A program made the translations under genes and the position numbers. Source: Candidatus Nanoarchaeia archaeon (GTDB taxonomy: Archaea > Nanobdellota > Nanobdellia > Woesearchaeales > UBA12501). From it: a stretch of 57,014 nucleotides of DNA. Below, in pieces: positions 17,490 to 25,935 of the stretch (the stretch's first letter is position 1; every line of letters starts with the position of its first letter). Location: assembly GCA_035289005.1 (NCBI GenBank), contig DATDYN010000059.1, positions 1 to 57,014 on the forward strand. Reading direction: 5' to 3'. The notes under the pieces were generated by a model. That model was not told where the DNA came from. It did not search any database and saw only the letters and a list, made by a program, of their open reading frames with translations.

Positions 17490-18950
17490 TCAGCCGATCG
17501 ATCCTTCCATCTCCAGAGAGATGAGCCTGTTAAGCTCTACAGCGTATTCAAGAGGGAGCTCTTTCACTATCGGCTCGATGAATCCTGAGACTATCATCTG
17601 CGCTGCCGCCTTCTCATCAAGCCCTCTGCTGCGCAGGTAGCACACTTGCTCCTCGCTTATTTTTCCGACAGATGCTTCATGCGCGACAGAAGCTGAACGC
17701 TCGACAACATCAATCGAGGGATAAGTGTTCGAGACTGACCTTGCGTCTCCCATCAGGGCGTCGCAAGAGACGCTCGCTTTGGCGTTGAGAGCCCCTTTCC
17801 TTATGCTGAGCAGTCCGCGATAGCTTGTGATCCCTCCTTCCTTGCTGATTGATTTTGAACGGATCACTGAAGAAGTGTTCTTTCCGATGTGTATGACTTT
17901 AGACCCTGTATCCTGGTTCTGGCTCTTGCCTGCGAAAGCTATACCTAAGAAAGAAGTGCTGGAATTATCACCTGCAAGCACTGTCGCAGGATAGAGCATC
18001 GTCACCGCGGAGCCCATATTGCCATTCACCCATTCCATGATCGCCCCTTCGTGAGCTATCGCGCGCTTAGTGTTAAGATTGTAAGTGTTCTTGCTCCAGT
18101 TCTCAATGCTTGAATATCTCATCCTTGCGTTCTTCAGGACATGGATCTCTACACAGCCCGCGTGCAGCGCGCTCTCATCATAGCGCGGAGCTGAACAGCC
18201 CTCTATATACTGCGCTTCTGCCCCTTCATCGATTATTATAAGAGTGTGCTCAAACTGCCCTCCCCGCATGGCGTTCATGCGGAAGTATGCCTGCAATGGA
18301 GTTGTGAGCTTTACCCCTTTAGGGATATAGATGAATGTCCCCCCGCTCCATACCGCGGCATGAAGCGCGGAGAATTTGTGCAATGCCGCAGGAACGCAGG
18401 AAGTCATGAAATATCTCCTGAACATCTCAGGAAACTTCTTCAGCCCTTCATCGCAGTCAAGGAATATCACTCCTTGCTCTTCCCATTCTTTCTTGAGGTT
18501 GTGATAGACTATCTCGCTCTCATATTGAGCTCCCACTCCAGCGAGAGATTTGCGCTCCGCTTCAGGAATGCCTAACCTCTCAAAAGTGTTCTTTATATCC
18601 TGAGGGACATCTTCCCATCTAGTAGCGTTCTTAGAAGCGTCAGGCCTGAGATAGTATCTTATGCGGGAGAGATCAAGTCTTGATAATGAAGGCCCCCATG
18701 AAGGCAGCGGCTTCTGCAAGAAAATCTTTAAACCTTCAAGACGTTTGGCGAGCATCCATCCAGGCTCTTTCTTCTGCTTGGATATCTCGCGCACGATCTC
18801 TTCTGACAGCCCTTCAGGAAGCTGGAAGGAGAGATTCTCCTTGTTCTTCCGGTCATACTGCGCGCGCATGGCTGCAGGATGAGAATTCTTATTAGAACGT
18901 TCAGTGCGTAAGCGACGCGCAACTCTCCTGACAGGACGTTTATTGACCAT
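17490..18950 (-). CDS. sufB: Fe-S cluster assembly scaffold SufB
   Basis: 486-aa ORF; SufB core ...HIGKNTSSVIRSKSISKEGGITSYRGLL...CDALMGDARSVSNTYPSIDV...HEASVGKISEEQVCYLRSRGLDEKAAAQMIVSGF; the TATA box 27 nt upstream supports the 18950 start and the basic N-terminal extension. Confidence 0.93.
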   Translation of the reverse strand: MVNKRPVRRVARRLRTERSNKNSHPAAMRAQYDRKNKENLSFQLPEGLSEEIVREISKQKKEPGWMLAKRLEGLKIFLQKPLPSWGPSLSRLDLSRIRYYLRPDASKNATRWEDVPQDIKNTFERLGIPEAERKSLAGVGAQYESEIVYHNLKKEWEEQGVIFLDCDEGLKKFPEMFRRYFMTSCVPAALHKFSALHAAVWSGGTFIYIPKGVKLTTPLQAYFRMNAMRGGQFEHTLIIIDEGAEAQYIEGCSAPRYDESALHAGCVEIHVLKNARMRYSSIENWSKNTYNLNTKRAIAHEGAIMEWVNGNMGSAVTMLYPATVLAGDNSSTSFLGIAFAGKSQNQDTGSKVIHIGKNTSSVIRSKSISKEGGITSYRGLLSIRKGALNAKASVSCDALMGDARSVSNTYPSIDVVERSASVAHEASVGKISEEQVCYLRSRGLDEKAAAQMIVSGFIEPIVKELPLEYAVELNRLISLEMEGSIG

Positions 18951-18970
18951 GATTACTTAACGATTGTTAA

Positions 18971-18982
18971 CCTTTTTAAATG
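18971..18982 (-). promoter_or_regulatory. TATA box for the suf operon
   Basis: CATTTAAAAAGG on the minus strand, centred about 27 nt upstream of the sufB ATG (18950). Confidence 0.55.
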
Positions 18983-19015
18983 TTACGGTTTTCAGAGAGG
19001 AATATTCACCGCAAA

Positions 19016-19027
19016 GCTTTTAAACTT
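19016..19027 (+). promoter_or_regulatory. TATA box for the divergent HTH regulator gene
   Basis: GCTTTTAAACTT centred about 26 nt upstream of ATG 19047; both TATA boxes share a 96-bp divergent intergenic region. Confidence 0.55.
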
Positions 19028-19046
19028 CACTATCGTTAATATCCCC

Positions 19047-19412
19047 ATGCCGTCAATAATGCCGCAAGAGATCGAAGTATGGTACTTGCTCCCGGCGCTC
19101 AGGAGAGCGCTCTGCAGCGCGCTTGTGGATGAGCACAATCTGAGCCAGCGCGAAGCGGCTGACATTCTTGGAATCACAGAATCCGCAGTCTCGCAGTATC
19201 TCAAGAAGAAACGGGCGAGCAATGTGAAGTTCTCAGCTGCAGAGACCGCGCGCATAAGAAAAGCGGCAGCGATCATACTCAAAGACAAGAGAGCCGCGCA
19301 GCGGCAGCTGTACATGCTTTGCGAAGAGTTCAGAGGGGGAACATCGATGTGCAGGATGCACCGCAAGCATGACTCTTACCTGCCTAAGAAGTGCAAGATG
19401 TGCGTGAAGTGA
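19047..19412 (+). CDS. Small HTH transcription regulator with C-terminal four-Cys motif
   Basis: 121-aa ORF; helix-turn-helix SQREAADILGITESAVSQYL; Cys92, Cys102, Cys116, Cys119 (C-x9-C-x13-C-x2-C); divergent from sufB. Confidence 0.65.
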   Translation: MPSIMPQEIEVWYLLPALRRALCSALVDEHNLSQREAADILGITESAVSQYLKKKRASNVKFSAAETARIRKAAAIILKDKRAAQRQLYMLCEEFRGGTSMCRMHRKHDSYLPKKCKMCVK

Positions 19413-19513
19413 ATGACAATTAGGAGAGAATAATTCTTCAGAAGACGGAATAGTTCGAAGAAAGCTTTACTGCCAGACTTAGTAACTACTACTTAGTGGT
19501 TATGAACCAAAAG

Positions 19514-19525
19514 ATTTATAAATAA
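19514..19525 (+). promoter_or_regulatory. TATA box for 19544..20392
   Basis: ATTTATAAATAA centred about 24 nt upstream of ATG 19544. Confidence 0.5.
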
Positions 19526-19543
19526 ACATATCATTCTAAGCCT

Positions 19544-20392
19544 ATGGCTCACATAGAACTGCATGTCCACCCTTTCTTAGGAAGCAATACGATAAGTGAT
19601 GTAGTTCAAGCTATGGAAGAGAGGCAATTAGATGTTCTCGCGATGGAGTCTCTTGATTGTTCATTATTCCAGCATGTTGCGGAGAGGACAAAGGGATATT
19701 TCCCGACATCAGTCTGCGATAATTCAGGCATAAGACTTCCTAATGGAAGATATTTCTTGAATGCTAGAGAATATAATACTAAAAAGAATCTCCACATATT
19801 GACTGTCGGCTATTCGCTGGATGACGCCACCCCACATACTGAGATAAGAGAGATTATCGACAAAGGGCTTGCAAATGGAGCATTGATCCTTCTTGATCAT
19901 CCATTTGTGGATAATGGAAAGACAAGGACAGCAGGGCATATCTCTGAAGAGTTAGGGCAAGAATTGGAAAGTATATGCAAAGAATACTCAGGACAGGTGA
20001 CTTTAGAATGGAACAGTTATTGCGTTCCTTGGATAAGGCAAGGATTAAGGCAAGGATTGAACGCTGTCGGTCTTGATATAAGGTATCATGATGTGAATAA
20101 GAAAGTGGAAGAATTCTCAGAATCACTTAAAAAGCAAGGGTACAATGTCCCTATAATAGCGGATACAGACCTGCACGCGAGAACAAGAAGGCATTTGCAG
20201 CATATGGGAACTGCGAGGATAATAACAAATGTTCAAGGAGAGACCCCTGGGCAGATTGTCGCGTCGATGAGACGGAATATCTTCAAGGGAGAGTATGAGA
20301 ATGTCAAGAGATATGTGAGCTCACTTCATTTATTGGAGGCTTTTTGCGTGCCCATACTGCTGCCCAGATATTTTAAGAAGCCGCGTTCGTAA
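19544..20392 (+). CDS. PHP-domain-like metal-dependent phosphoesterase (tentative)
   Basis: 282-aa ORF; N-terminal HIELHVHP, internal LLDHPF and C-terminal IADTDLHA resemble the PHP His/Asp metal-ligand motifs. Confidence 0.55.
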   Translation: MAHIELHVHPFLGSNTISDVVQAMEERQLDVLAMESLDCSLFQHVAERTKGYFPTSVCDNSGIRLPNGRYFLNAREYNTKKNLHILTVGYSLDDATPHTEIREIIDKGLANGALILLDHPFVDNGKTRTAGHISEELGQELESICKEYSGQVTLEWNSYCVPWIRQGLRQGLNAVGLDIRYHDVNKKVEEFSESLKKQGYNVPIIADTDLHARTRRHLQHMGTARIITNVQGETPGQIVASMRRNIFKGEYENVKRYVSSLHLLEAFCVPILLPRYFKKPRS

Positions 20393-20445
20393 GTTTCAGG
20401 CCCATTTCTAATCTTTTAGATTGAATGTTCAATAAAAAAGTTAAT

Positions 20446-20457
20446 CTTTTATATAGG
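20446..20457 (+). promoter_or_regulatory. TATA box for 20476..21060
   Basis: CTTTTATATAGG centred about 24 nt upstream of ATG 20476. Confidence 0.5.
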
Positions 20458-20475
20458 ATGAGATTCTCTTGACTG

Positions 20476-21060
20476 ATGAAGAAAGGAGAGGCAGTATTGC
20501 AGAAAGGCTGGACCGATATAGGGATCCTTCTTGGCGGAGGGATAAGCGGGAAGCGAAGATTGCCTCACGATCCAAAAACCCGTGTAGAAAAAGCGTACCA
20601 TCTGCTAAAGGAAGGATATATCCAGTTCTTGATCCTCAGCGGAAGATGCTCTTATGGAAATCCGGAATTATCCGAAGCGAAGATATACTTTGATTATCTT
20701 ATAGAGAAAGGGATACCTAAAGAAAGACTGATACTGGAAGAAGATTCTCGCGATACTGTCGGAAACGCTGTCTTTTCCAAAAAGATATTCCTAAAGAATA
20801 AATTACCGCAGAAGAAGATTGTATTGATAACAAGCGACTACCATATGAAGAGAGCGCTTATGATATTCACCCATGTTTTTGGCAATGGATATTCATTCAT
20901 AGGAATCAGCAGTAGGCCATTCATCCTGCATAAGATTGCTCTGCTGCTGAAAGAATTCGAGCATAAAGAGATTGAGAGGCTTGTCTTTTCTGAAGTCCGG
21001 ATTGGAGACCATGATAAAGCTGAAGAGCTGATAAAGAGATATCTGCCGAGGTATAGATAA
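20476..21060 (+). CDS. YdcF/DUF218-family protein
   Basis: 194-aa ORF; ILLGGG, FLILSGR, EEDSRDTVGNAVFS and LITSDYHMKRA are the conserved DUF218 blocks. Confidence 0.8.
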   Translation: MKKGEAVLQKGWTDIGILLGGGISGKRRLPHDPKTRVEKAYHLLKEGYIQFLILSGRCSYGNPELSEAKIYFDYLIEKGIPKERLILEEDSRDTVGNAVFSKKIFLKNKLPQKKIVLITSDYHMKRALMIFTHVFGNGYSFIGISSRPFILHKIALLLKEFEHKEIERLVFSEVRIGDHDKAEELIKRYLPRYR

Positions 21061-21119
21061 TCAGACTGCACTTGACTCAGATAATAATATAAAAAATAAA
21101 CAAAAAATAATCAAGACCT

Positions 21120-21563
21120 TCAGAACATCTCCTCGCCGATGAGCTTCTTCTCAAGGCTGTACTTCTGCGCTCCGCGAGAGAGCAGCACAAGGAACGCCGC
21201 GATGAACAGCAAAGGCAATTCTCCTCCGTTCTTCAGAGGCATCCATCCTTTAGGGAAATGCACAAGAGCCAGCGCCGCAATCATGGTCGCAGTCCCTAAT
21301 ATCGCCATGAGCCTTGTGAAAAGGCCTAAAGCTATCGCGATGCCTCCTCCGAACTCGACAATCGCCACTATCACCGCGAATACTCCAGCTAAAGGGATTC
21401 CGAGATTTCCGAAAAAGCCGGCAGTGCCTGAAATACCTCCTCCGCCGAACCATCCTAAAAGCTTTTGCGAGCCGTGGAACGCGAACAGAACTCCGACTAT
21501 CACTCTGAAAATAAGGTAGAGCTCAGCGCCATAATCCTTTGAGAACTTCTCAAGATAACACAT
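21120..21563 (-). CDS. DoxX-family membrane protein
   Basis: FRVIVGVLFAFHGSQKLLGWFGG plus three more TM helices; start taken at ATG 21563 because the 40-codon upstream extension of the track ORF overlaps the DRG gene end and is not DoxX-like. Confidence 0.8.
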   Translation of the reverse strand: MCYLEKFSKDYGAELYLIFRVIVGVLFAFHGSQKLLGWFGGGGISGTAGFFGNLGIPLAGVFAVIVAIVEFGGGIAIALGLFTRLMAILGTATMIAALALVHFPKGWMPLKNGGELPLLFIAAFLVLLSRGAQKYSLEKKLIGEEMF

Positions 21564-21679
21564 ATTGCACCTCCTATCTGAATGATAAGTGAGTGTAACA
21601 TGACAGATATAAAAATCTTTGTAGATATGGATGAATAACTTGACGCGAAAACCGCAATTGGAGATAAGGCTCTGCTTGT

Positions 21680-22774
21680 TCACCTCACATTTATCTCAAC
21701 GATATCCCCATCCATGAGGATGTGCTTGAGCATCTGCTTCTGGCCTGGAAATTTCGCTGAGCCGCCCCAAACCCTGGCGAACTTGAATTTAGAAGCGAAA
21801 TCCTTGTGCAGCTTATTGCACATGTCATTGACAGTCGCTCCGCGCCGCATGATCAACGGCACATTGAGATCAGCTTCCTTGCCGACCTCTTTGCAGTAGA
21901 CCCTTATCATGTCAAGCTTGAGGAATATCTTCTTCTTCAGTTCTTCGATATTGACTTTCCTGTCAGCAGAGATGCAGATGTCAGGATTGAGCTCTTTGAC
22001 AAGCTGCTCAAGCCGCTCCTCAGGCACAACATCAATCTTGTTAAGGATGACTAGCGCGGGAATGTAAACTTTATTGGCCTCGACAGCGTCTATGAACTGG
22101 TCCACGTCTATATCGTCTCTAAGTATCACATCAGCATTGCTGGACCTGAACTCCTTGAGGATATTGCTTATCGTCTCCTTGGTTATCTTTGTCAGCTTGA
22201 CAGTGCTCGCGACATCAATGCCCCCTTTAGAGCGTCTCTTGATTATGATCTCGGGTTTCTTCTGGTTCAGCCTGAGCCCTGCTTCGCGTATCTCGCGCTG
22301 CAACGCGTCAAGATGCTCTGGATGGTTGACATCAATGATTATGATAGCAAGATCAGCGCCGCGCATGACTGCCAATACTTCTTTGCCCCTGCCCCTTCCG
22401 GAAGCCGCGCCGTAGACTATTCCTGGAACGTCAAGGACCTGTATGCGTGCGTGATTGAAATTCAACATCCCTGGGATGACATCAAGAGTCGTGAAATCAT
22501 AGCTGCCCACCCTGCTGCCCGCTCCGGTCAATGAGTTGAGAAGCGTTGATTTCCCCACTGAAGGGAAACCTATGAGTATGACTGTGGCATCGCCGCTCTT
22601 CCTGACGGAATAACCCTCAGTCTTCTTGCCGCCGCCGCTGCGCTTGACTTGGGCTTCTTTAAGGCGGGCGATCTTCGCCTTGACCATCCCTACGTGCATC
22701 TGTGTGCGCTTATTGTAGTCAGTCTTTTTCAGCTCGTCCTCTAGAGCCTTGATCTCTGATTCATAGTCTGGCAT
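21680..22774 (-). CDS. DRG-type (Obg-family) GTP-binding protein with C-terminal TGS domain
   Basis: 364-aa ORF; G1 GFPSVGKSTLLNSLTG, G3 DVPG, G4 NKID; C-terminal TGS-like segment (VYCKEVGKEADLNVPLIMRRGATVNDMCNKLHKDF). Confidence 0.92.
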   Translation of the reverse strand: MPDYESEIKALEDELKKTDYNKRTQMHVGMVKAKIARLKEAQVKRSGGGKKTEGYSVRKSGDATVILIGFPSVGKSTLLNSLTGAGSRVGSYDFTTLDVIPGMLNFNHARIQVLDVPGIVYGAASGRGRGKEVLAVMRGADLAIIIIDVNHPEHLDALQREIREAGLRLNQKKPEIIIKRRSKGGIDVASTVKLTKITKETISNILKEFRSSNADVILRDDIDVDQFIDAVEANKVYIPALVILNKIDVVPEERLEQLVKELNPDICISADRKVNIEELKKKIFLKLDMIRVYCKEVGKEADLNVPLIMRRGATVNDMCNKLHKDFASKFKFARVWGGSAKFPGQKQMLKHILMDGDIVEINVR

Positions 22775-22794
22775 GATAAAACAGATGCAAAGAA

Positions 22795-22807
22795 GGTATT
22801 TAAAGAT
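22795..22807 (-). promoter_or_regulatory. TATA box for the DRG gene
   Basis: ATCTTTAAATACC on the minus strand, centred about 26 nt upstream of ATG 22774. Confidence 0.5.
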
Positions 22808-22863
22808 TTGGAATGCTGTCTGAATATTCTACTAATAACTCTTTGTTACAACATCGATAGAAA

Positions 22864-23457
22864 TCATCTCAATACCGCTTCGATAGAATCAGCCAAGAGA
22901 TCCGCGAATTCTGGCCTGTACAGCAAAGGCTTCTTTATAGGATGGCTCATCGTTGATGCCTTTATCACAGAAGGGTCATACTCAGGCATTTGCGCAATGA
23001 ATCCATGCATAACTGGACGTACTCTTTCTGACATTTCATCTCCAAGATTTGTCTTGCTGAAATCCAGATTTCCATCAGACAACCCTCTAATAAGAGACCT
23101 GAAGAAGTAAGAGCTAAGACCAATCTCCCGCTTAAGGCGTTCTTGAACTATTCCAAGAGAACTTCCTGCTGCCAAGAACTCCAAAGCTAGAATATCACTG
23201 TCATACTTTCCAGCTGGATGACCCACAAACTTCTCTCCTCTGGCTATTGCCCAGGTCTTTCCACCAAACCGATATAATCCTGCGCTCTCATAACCCATAT
23301 AGCCATATCTTTTCCTATGCCAGTCAGAATCTTCTGTAATCTCAGTATACGCCTTATCTGGAAAGACAATCTGCTGAGGATTATGCCGTTCAGACAATAC
23401 AGAACACACGCTCTCCAATAACTGCCTTACGTCTAACCCTTCAGGGCTGTTCGCCAT
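22864..23457 (-). CDS. Hypothetical protein (197 aa), no family recognised
   Basis: Clean ORF with a TATA-like element (23476-23492) about 30 nt upstream and the GGCGATGTCCTGAAT motif further upstream. Confidence 0.6.
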   Translation of the reverse strand: MANSPEGLDVRQLLESVCSVLSERHNPQQIVFPDKAYTEITEDSDWHRKRYGYMGYESAGLYRFGGKTWAIARGEKFVGHPAGKYDSDILALEFLAAGSSLGIVQERLKREIGLSSYFFRSLIRGLSDGNLDFSKTNLGDEMSERVRPVMHGFIAQMPEYDPSVIKASTMSHPIKKPLLYRPEFADLLADSIEAVLR

Positions 23458-23522
23458 AAAATGTATAATGCCTCAGAACTATAAAAATATTTCTATGCTC
23501 GAGTAGTTACTATGATATAAAA

Positions 23523-23562
23523 GATTCAGGACATCGCCTCAGCCTCGGCTCTGCCCTGAATC
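23523..23562. promoter_or_regulatory. Imperfect inverted repeat containing one copy of the GGCGATGTCCTGAAT motif, followed by a T6 run
   Basis: gattcagg (23523-23530) pairs with cctgaatc (23555-23562); attcaggacatcgcc at 23524-23538 is the reverse complement of the motif at 30589-30603; tttttt at 23569-23574. Confidence 0.6.
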
Positions 23563-23645
23563 CCCCACTTTTTTGCCGTTGCTTATATAATTGAGGGCAT
23601 AATTCTACTTAAAATATTCTTTTCAAGCAACGACAAAGAAGTTTT

Positions 23646-23870
23646 ATGTCAAAGATTCATGACAGAGCCTCAGCTATCACAACATTTATAAAATCCGCGC
23701 GATTAATCAGCAATATGACAAGATACAGGTGCGGCAACTGCAATTATACATTCACGCCGAAAGCGCAAGTGCGCGCCCCTTCCCGCTGCCCTTACTGTTC
23801 TGAAGAGGGAAGCCTCGCTCAGGAGCGCTCTATTATAGATGAAGTCAACCAAGCGAGAAGCAGGCAGTGA
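23646..23870 (+). CDS. Small zinc-ribbon protein
   Basis: YRCGNCNYTFTPKAQVRAPSRCPYCSEEGS = CxxC...CxxC ribbon; the true start may be ATG 23715 (MTRYRCGNC...). Confidence 0.5.
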   Translation: MSKIHDRASAITTFIKSARLISNMTRYRCGNCNYTFTPKAQVRAPSRCPYCSEEGSLAQERSIIDEVNQARSRQ

Positions 23871-24026
23871 GGCTTCATTTTAGGAGAAATTCTTTATATA
23901 GGCATTCAGAGTTCTGAAGACGCGCTTTCCCTCTTCCAGAAAGAGCTTAAAGCATATTTCCAATGCGTATGTTCAAGATACAACTATCTTTAAGAACAGC
24001 CACGATTCGCTCATCAAAGGAAGAGC

Positions 24027-24659
24027 GTGATAACTATTGTCTTTAGAACACTGAGAGAGATCTCCTGCCAGTTATGCGGTAGCGCGGCCATAGGCAACAA
24101 GAAAGCAAAGTATTTATGCAAAACCTGCTTTGTGTACTTCGAGGATACAATGAACGGCCTTCTGATCGGAAGATTCCAGCCATTCCATAAAGGGCATCTT
24201 GAAGCTGTACGGAAAGCCGCGGCAAAAGTTGACAAATTGATAATCGTGATAGGCTCTGCGCAGCATTCCAATACTATAGACAACCCGTTCAGCGCTGAAG
24301 AGCGCAAGAAAATGATTGAAGCCGCGCTTTATGAAGCTCACATCACAAACACGATCATCATTCCAATAAATGACATACTTCTCGATGAGGAATACGCAGA
24401 TCATGTCCGCAGCCAGGTTCCTCATTTCAAGAAAGTCTTTGCCGGAACTAACGCTCTTGTAGCGAAACTGTTCAGTGACGCAGGATTTGAGATTGAGACA
24501 ACTGCCCAAGAAGATAGGTTCAAAGACATCGACGCAACAGAAGTCCGGCGCAGGATGCTGAAGAATGAGGACTGGAGATCATTAGTGCCTAAGAGCGCAG
24601 TGCAGATTATCGAAGAATTTGAAGGCTCGCAGCGGATAAAAAGACTGTTTTTCCATTGA
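24027..24659 (+). CDS. nadM: Nicotinamide-nucleotide adenylyltransferase, archaeal type (core starts at ATG 24150; possible GTG-initiated zinc-ribbon extension from 24027)
   Basis: MNGLLIGRFQPFHKGHLEAVRKAA...IIVIGSAQ = (H/T)xGH nucleotidyltransferase motif and archaeal NMNAT layout; upstream in-frame 41 codons contain CQLC-x13-CKTC. Confidence 0.9.
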   Translation: MITIVFRTLREISCQLCGSAAIGNKKAKYLCKTCFVYFEDTMNGLLIGRFQPFHKGHLEAVRKAAAKVDKLIIVIGSAQHSNTIDNPFSAEERKKMIEAALYEAHITNTIIIPINDILLDEEYADHVRSQVPHFKKVFAGTNALVAKLFSDAGFEIETTAQEDRFKDIDATEVRRRMLKNEDWRSLVPKSAVQIIEEFEGSQRIKRLFFH

Positions 24660-24722
24660 GAGGAAATGACTATGCCCCAGTGCTACTAAAAGTTTATAGA
24701 ATACTCTTCCTAAACAGGGATT

Positions 24723-24917
24723 ATGGCAGAGGATGACGTGCTTTTCGCTATAAAGACAAGCTTCATCGTGAGCTCTATCGTTCTCGTGCTTGTCTATATC
24801 TTCCTTTCTTTATACCTCAAGACGATCTACCGCAACCTGAATGCGCACATCGACGAGAACAGGAATAGGGTGCGCAGGATTGAGGAAAAAGTTGATATCC
24901 TGATGAGAAGAAGATAG
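24723..24917 (+). CDS. Small single-pass membrane protein (64 aa)
   Basis: TM helix IVSSIVLVLVYIFLSLYL; TATA-like AAAAGTTTATAGAAT about 25 nt upstream of the ATG. Confidence 0.4.
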   Translation: MAEDDVLFAIKTSFIVSSIVLVLVYIFLSLYLKTIYRNLNAHIDENRNRVRRIEEKVDILMRRR

Positions 24918-24969
24918 ATTGCAGAAAGCGCATTCTGAAACTAGATATTTATAAGATAAAAGATACTAA

Positions 24970-24981
24970 CATTTATATAAT
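24970..24981 (+). promoter_or_regulatory. TATA box for 25001..25816
   Basis: CATTTATATAAT centred about 25 nt upstream of ATG 25001. Confidence 0.5.
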
Positions 24982-25000
24982 TCTTGAACATCATCAGCTT

Positions 25001-25816
25001 ATGCCGCCACTCGACGCAGCCCTTGACCGGTTTCTAGCGACGCTAGACCGCGCGGAGAAAGGGATTCCGGCGCCAAACAGCGCTAAACAAGCCATTATCG
25101 AACAAAAATCTCAAAATCAATCAAAAAGCGTTCTAGATCAGGCAAAGAACCTCTCTCCGATACTTGACTTCAAGAGGAACAAGCAGGATTATTATTCCGC
25201 ATCAGCTGACAGCGCTCTCAAAGAGATAAAGAAAGAGCTTTGGGCTCTCGCTCCGGCCGCGGACAAGAATGACGACACGCTCATAGACCTATTGCTGTTG
25301 TTCAGGGAGCTTGAACGCAAGCGGAAGAATGCCATTGAAGCCAGTGAGGTTATTAGGAAGATGAAATCCCTGAACAGCACTCTCACATCCTCAAGAACTG
25401 CTGTTGCAACATCGATTCCGAATATCTCATTCAGAATGCCTTCACTTCCTGCCGAGATCTCAAGCGAAGTCAGCGCTGATATCAAAGAGATTGAGAAAAG
25501 CTTCAATGCAGGGCTGTACAGGAGCACAGTGATACTCTGCGGAAGAGTGCTTGAGACCTGCCTTCACAGGAAATACTTCGAAGCCACAGGCAATGATCTC
25601 CTCGAGAAGAGCCCAGGGATAGGGTTAGGCAACATGATAGCCAAGCTGAAAGAGAAGAACATAGAGCTTGACCCTGCTATAACGCAGCAGATCCATCTTG
25701 TAAATCAGGTGAGGATATTCTCGGTGCACAAGAAGCAAGTCCCTTTCTGCCCTTCAAGAGAGCAGGCTCATGCCATGATATTATACACCCTGGACATAGC
25801 TGGAAGGATGTGGTGA
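25001..25816 (+). CDS. Hypothetical protein with DUF4145-like C-terminal helical domain (tentative)
   Basis: 271-aa ORF; the C-terminal block AGLYRSTVILCGRVLETCLHRKY...GLGNMIAKLKEKNIELDPAITQQIHLVNQVRIFSVHKK resembles the DUF4145 pattern as I recall it. Confidence 0.55.
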   Translation: MPPLDAALDRFLATLDRAEKGIPAPNSAKQAIIEQKSQNQSKSVLDQAKNLSPILDFKRNKQDYYSASADSALKEIKKELWALAPAADKNDDTLIDLLLLFRELERKRKNAIEASEVIRKMKSLNSTLTSSRTAVATSIPNISFRMPSLPAEISSEVSADIKEIEKSFNAGLYRSTVILCGRVLETCLHRKYFEATGNDLLEKSPGIGLGNMIAKLKEKNIELDPAITQQIHLVNQVRIFSVHKKQVPFCPSREQAHAMILYTLDIAGRMW

Positions 25817-25877
25817 ACTTTTAAAAGAATACTGTATATCTAGACATGATCTGCCAGACCAAGCCATTAACTGCCAA

Positions 25878-25890
25878 ACATTTATATACC
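25878..25890 (+). promoter_or_regulatory. TATA box upstream of the structured element / response-regulator operon
   Basis: ACATTTATATACC; a second TATA-like TTTTTTATACATAG lies at 25898-25911; the next start codon is about 200 nt away at 26089. Confidence 0.45.
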
Positions 25891-25935
25891 TCTTTGCTTT
25901 TTTATACATAGATAAAGATTTTCAAGCAGAATCAG

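Noticed and set aside
20469-20693. 74-aa ORF overlapping the start of the DUF218 gene in another frame; also 4806..4991 opposite rnp4
   Set aside because: The overlapping frames carry recognisable family motifs (DUF218, Rpr2). The alternative products are basic low-complexity peptides.
21564-21683. 40-codon N-terminal extension of the DoxX ORF in the track
   Set aside because: The extension overlaps the 3' end of the DRG gene, is Cys/His/Phe-rich and is unlike DoxX proteins. The DoxX homology begins right after ATG 21563.
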